Of a stretch of 64,000 nucleotides of DNA, positions 61,555 through 64,000 are shown piece after piece; position 1 is the stretch's first letter, and each line of letters starts with the position of its first letter. A program made the translations under genes and the position numbers. The DNA is from Raja brachyura (taxonomy: Eukaryota). Where the stretch lies: NCBI GenBank assembly GCA_963514005.1, contig OY740786.1, positions 87,606,001 to 87,670,000 of the forward strand, written 5' to 3'. Below the pieces are notes generated by a model. It was not told where the DNA came from. It did not search any database and saw only the letters and a list, made by a program, of their open reading frames with translations.

Positions 61555-64000
61555 TAAACATAGAAACATAGAAATTAGGTGCAGGAGTAGGCCATTTGGC
61601 CCTTCGAGCCTGCACCGCCATTCAATATGATCATGGCTGATCATCCAACTCAGTATCCCGTACCTGCCTTCTCTCCATACCCTCTGATCCCATTAGCCAC
61701 AAGGGCCACATCTAACTCCCTCTTAAATATAGCCAATGAACTGGCCTCAACTACCCTCTGTGGCAGAGAGTTCCAGAGACCCACCACTCTCTGTGTGAAA
61801 AAATTCCTTCTCATCTCGGTCCTAAAGGATTTCCCCCTTATCCTTAAGCTGTGACCCCTTGTCCTGGACCTCCCCAACATCGGGAACAATCTTCCTGCAT
61901 CTAGCCTGTCCAACCCCTTAAGAATCTTGTAAGTTTCTATAAGATCCCCTCTCAATCTCCTAAATTCTAGAAAGTATAAACCGAGTCTATGCAGTCTTTG
62001 TTCATAAGACAGTCCTGACATCCCAGGAATCAGTCTGGTGAACCTTCGCTGCACTCCCTCTATGGCAATAATGTCCTTCCTCAGATTTGGAGACCAGAAC
62101 TGTACGCAATACTCCAGGTGTGGCCTCACCAAGACCCTATACAACTGAAGTAGAACCTCCCTGCTCCTATACTCAAATCCTTTTGCTATGAAAGCTAACA
62201 TACCATTTGCTTTCTTCACCGCCTGCTGTACCTGCATGCCTACTTTCAATGACTGGTGTACCATGACACCCAGGTCGTGCTGCATGTCCCCTTTTCCTAA
62301 TCGGCCACCATTTAGATAGTAGTCGGTTTTCCTATTTTTGCCACCAAAGTGGATAACCTCACATTTATCCACATTATACTGCATCTGCCAAACATTTGCC
62401 CACTCACCCAGCCTATCCAAGTCACCTTGTATTATCCTAGCATCCTCCTCACAGCTAACACTGCCCCCCAGCTTAGTGTCATCCGCAAACTTGGAGATAT
62501 TGCCTTCAATTCCCTCATCCAGATCATTTATGTATATTGTAAATAGCTGGGGTCCCAGCACTGAGCCTTGCGGTACCCCACTAGTCACTGCCTGCCATTG
62601 TGAAAACGACCCGTTTACTCCTACTCTTTGCTTCCTGTTTGCCAGCCAGTTCTCTATCCACATCAATACTGAACCCCCAATGCCATATGCTTTAAGCTTA
62701 TATACTAATCGCTTATGTGGGACCTTGTCGAAAGCCTTCTGGAAGTCCAGATACACCACATCCACTGGTTCTCCACCATCCACGCTACTAGTTACATCCT
62801 TGAAAAATTCCACAAGATTTGTCAGACATGATTTACCTTTCGTAAATCCATGCTGACTTTGTCCAATGATTTCACCACTTTCCAAATGTGCTGCTATCCC
62901 ATCTTTAATAACTGACTCTAGCAGTTTCCCCACTACCGATGTTAGACTAACTGGTCTGTAATTCCCCGTTTTCTCTCTCCCCCCCCTTCTTAAAAAGAGG
63001 AGTTACGTTTGCTACCCGCCAATCCTCAGGAACTACTCCAGAATCTAAAGAGTTTTGAAAGATTATCACTAATGCATCCACTATTTCCGGAGCTACTTCC
63101 TTAAGTACTCTGGGATGCAGCCTATCTGGCCCTGGGGATTTATCGGCCTTTAATCCATTCAATTTACCCAACACCACTTCCCGACTAACCTGGATTTCAC
63201 TCAAGTACTCCTTTGGCCTGTGGTCCCCTGCTATTTCCGGCAGATTATTTATGTCTTCCTTAGTGAAGACGGAACCAAAGTGGTTATTCAATTGGTCCGC
63301 CATATCTTTCTTCCCCATGATCAACTCACCTGTTTCTGACTGCAAGGGACCTACATTTGTTTTAACTAATCTATTTCTCTTCACATATCTATAAAAACTT
63401 TTGCAGTCAGTTTTTATGTTCCCTGCCAGTTTTCTTTCATAATCTATTTTTCCTTTCCTAATCAAGCCCTTTGTCCTTCTCTGCTGGTCTCTGAATTTCT
63501 CCCAGTCCTCTGGTATGCTGCTTTTTCTGGCTACTTTGTACGCATCATCCTTTGCTTTGATACTATCCCCAATTTCCCTTGTTATCCACGGATGCACTAC
63601 CTTCCCTGATCTATTCTTTTGCCAAATTGGGATGACCAATTTTTGTAGTTCATCCATGCAGTCTTTAAATGTCTTCCATTGCGTATCCACCGTCAACCCT
63701 TTTAGAATTGATTGCCAGTCAATCTTGGCCAATTCACGTCTCATACCCTCAAAGTTACCTTTCCTTAAGTTCAGAACCATTGTTTCTGAATTAACAATGT
63801 CACTCTCCATCCTAATGAAGAACTCGACCATATTATGGTCACTCTTGCGCAAGGGGGCACGCACAATAAGACTGCTAACTAACCCTTCCTCATTACTCAA
63901 TACCCAGTCTAAAATAGCCTGCTCTCTCGTTGGTTCCTCTACATGTTGATTTAGATAACTATCCCTCATACTTTCCAAAAAATCCTCTTCCTCAGCGCCC
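61555..64000 (-). mobile_element. young CR1 LINE, ORF2 RT and 3' end, running off the window
   Basis: ORFs 62947-63978 and 61650-62933, separated by one frameshift at a C-run (~62980); complete RT motifs; (ttctatgt)n tail. Confidence 0.95.

Noticed and set aside
40711-63949. Plus-strand ORFs antisense to CR1 ORF2 (40711, 41907, 62338, 63515)
   Set aside because: Shadow frames of the RT and APE coding strand
7000-64000. piRNA-cluster-like antisense bias downstream of the PIWI gene
   Set aside because: Only about 13 minus versus 7 plus fragments; too weak without small-RNA data

Overview
Eukaryotic, very repeat-dense DNA. The HE1/V-SINE, CR1 and Penelope repertoire suggests a cartilaginous fish, probably a skate or ray (inference). 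The only resident gene seen is the 3' end of a PIWI-clade Argonaute on + (last four exons, 2235-5872). It is most like PIWIL4, and its final catalytic His is replaced by Cys. The rest is retroelements and MITEs. The standout is a pol-less Gypsy (Mag-like) LTR element on - (15483-26280; 161-bp LTRs, 5-bp TSD, tRNA-Ser PBS, PPT). Its gag N-terminus is fused in frame to ASPM-like IQ repeats, followed by intronless TLK2-like sequence, so it looks like an LTR retroelement that captured two host cell-cycle genes. It sits inside L1 ORF1 and is itself split by a full-length L1. Also present: a young non-coding LTR element, a solo LTR, a CR1 with a ~1.3-kb 16-bp array at its 5' end, a DIRS-like fragment, Harbinger-type MITEs and many ~100-bp Penelope-derived units with hammerhead-ribozyme cores. 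All homology calls are from recalled protein motifs, not database searches.
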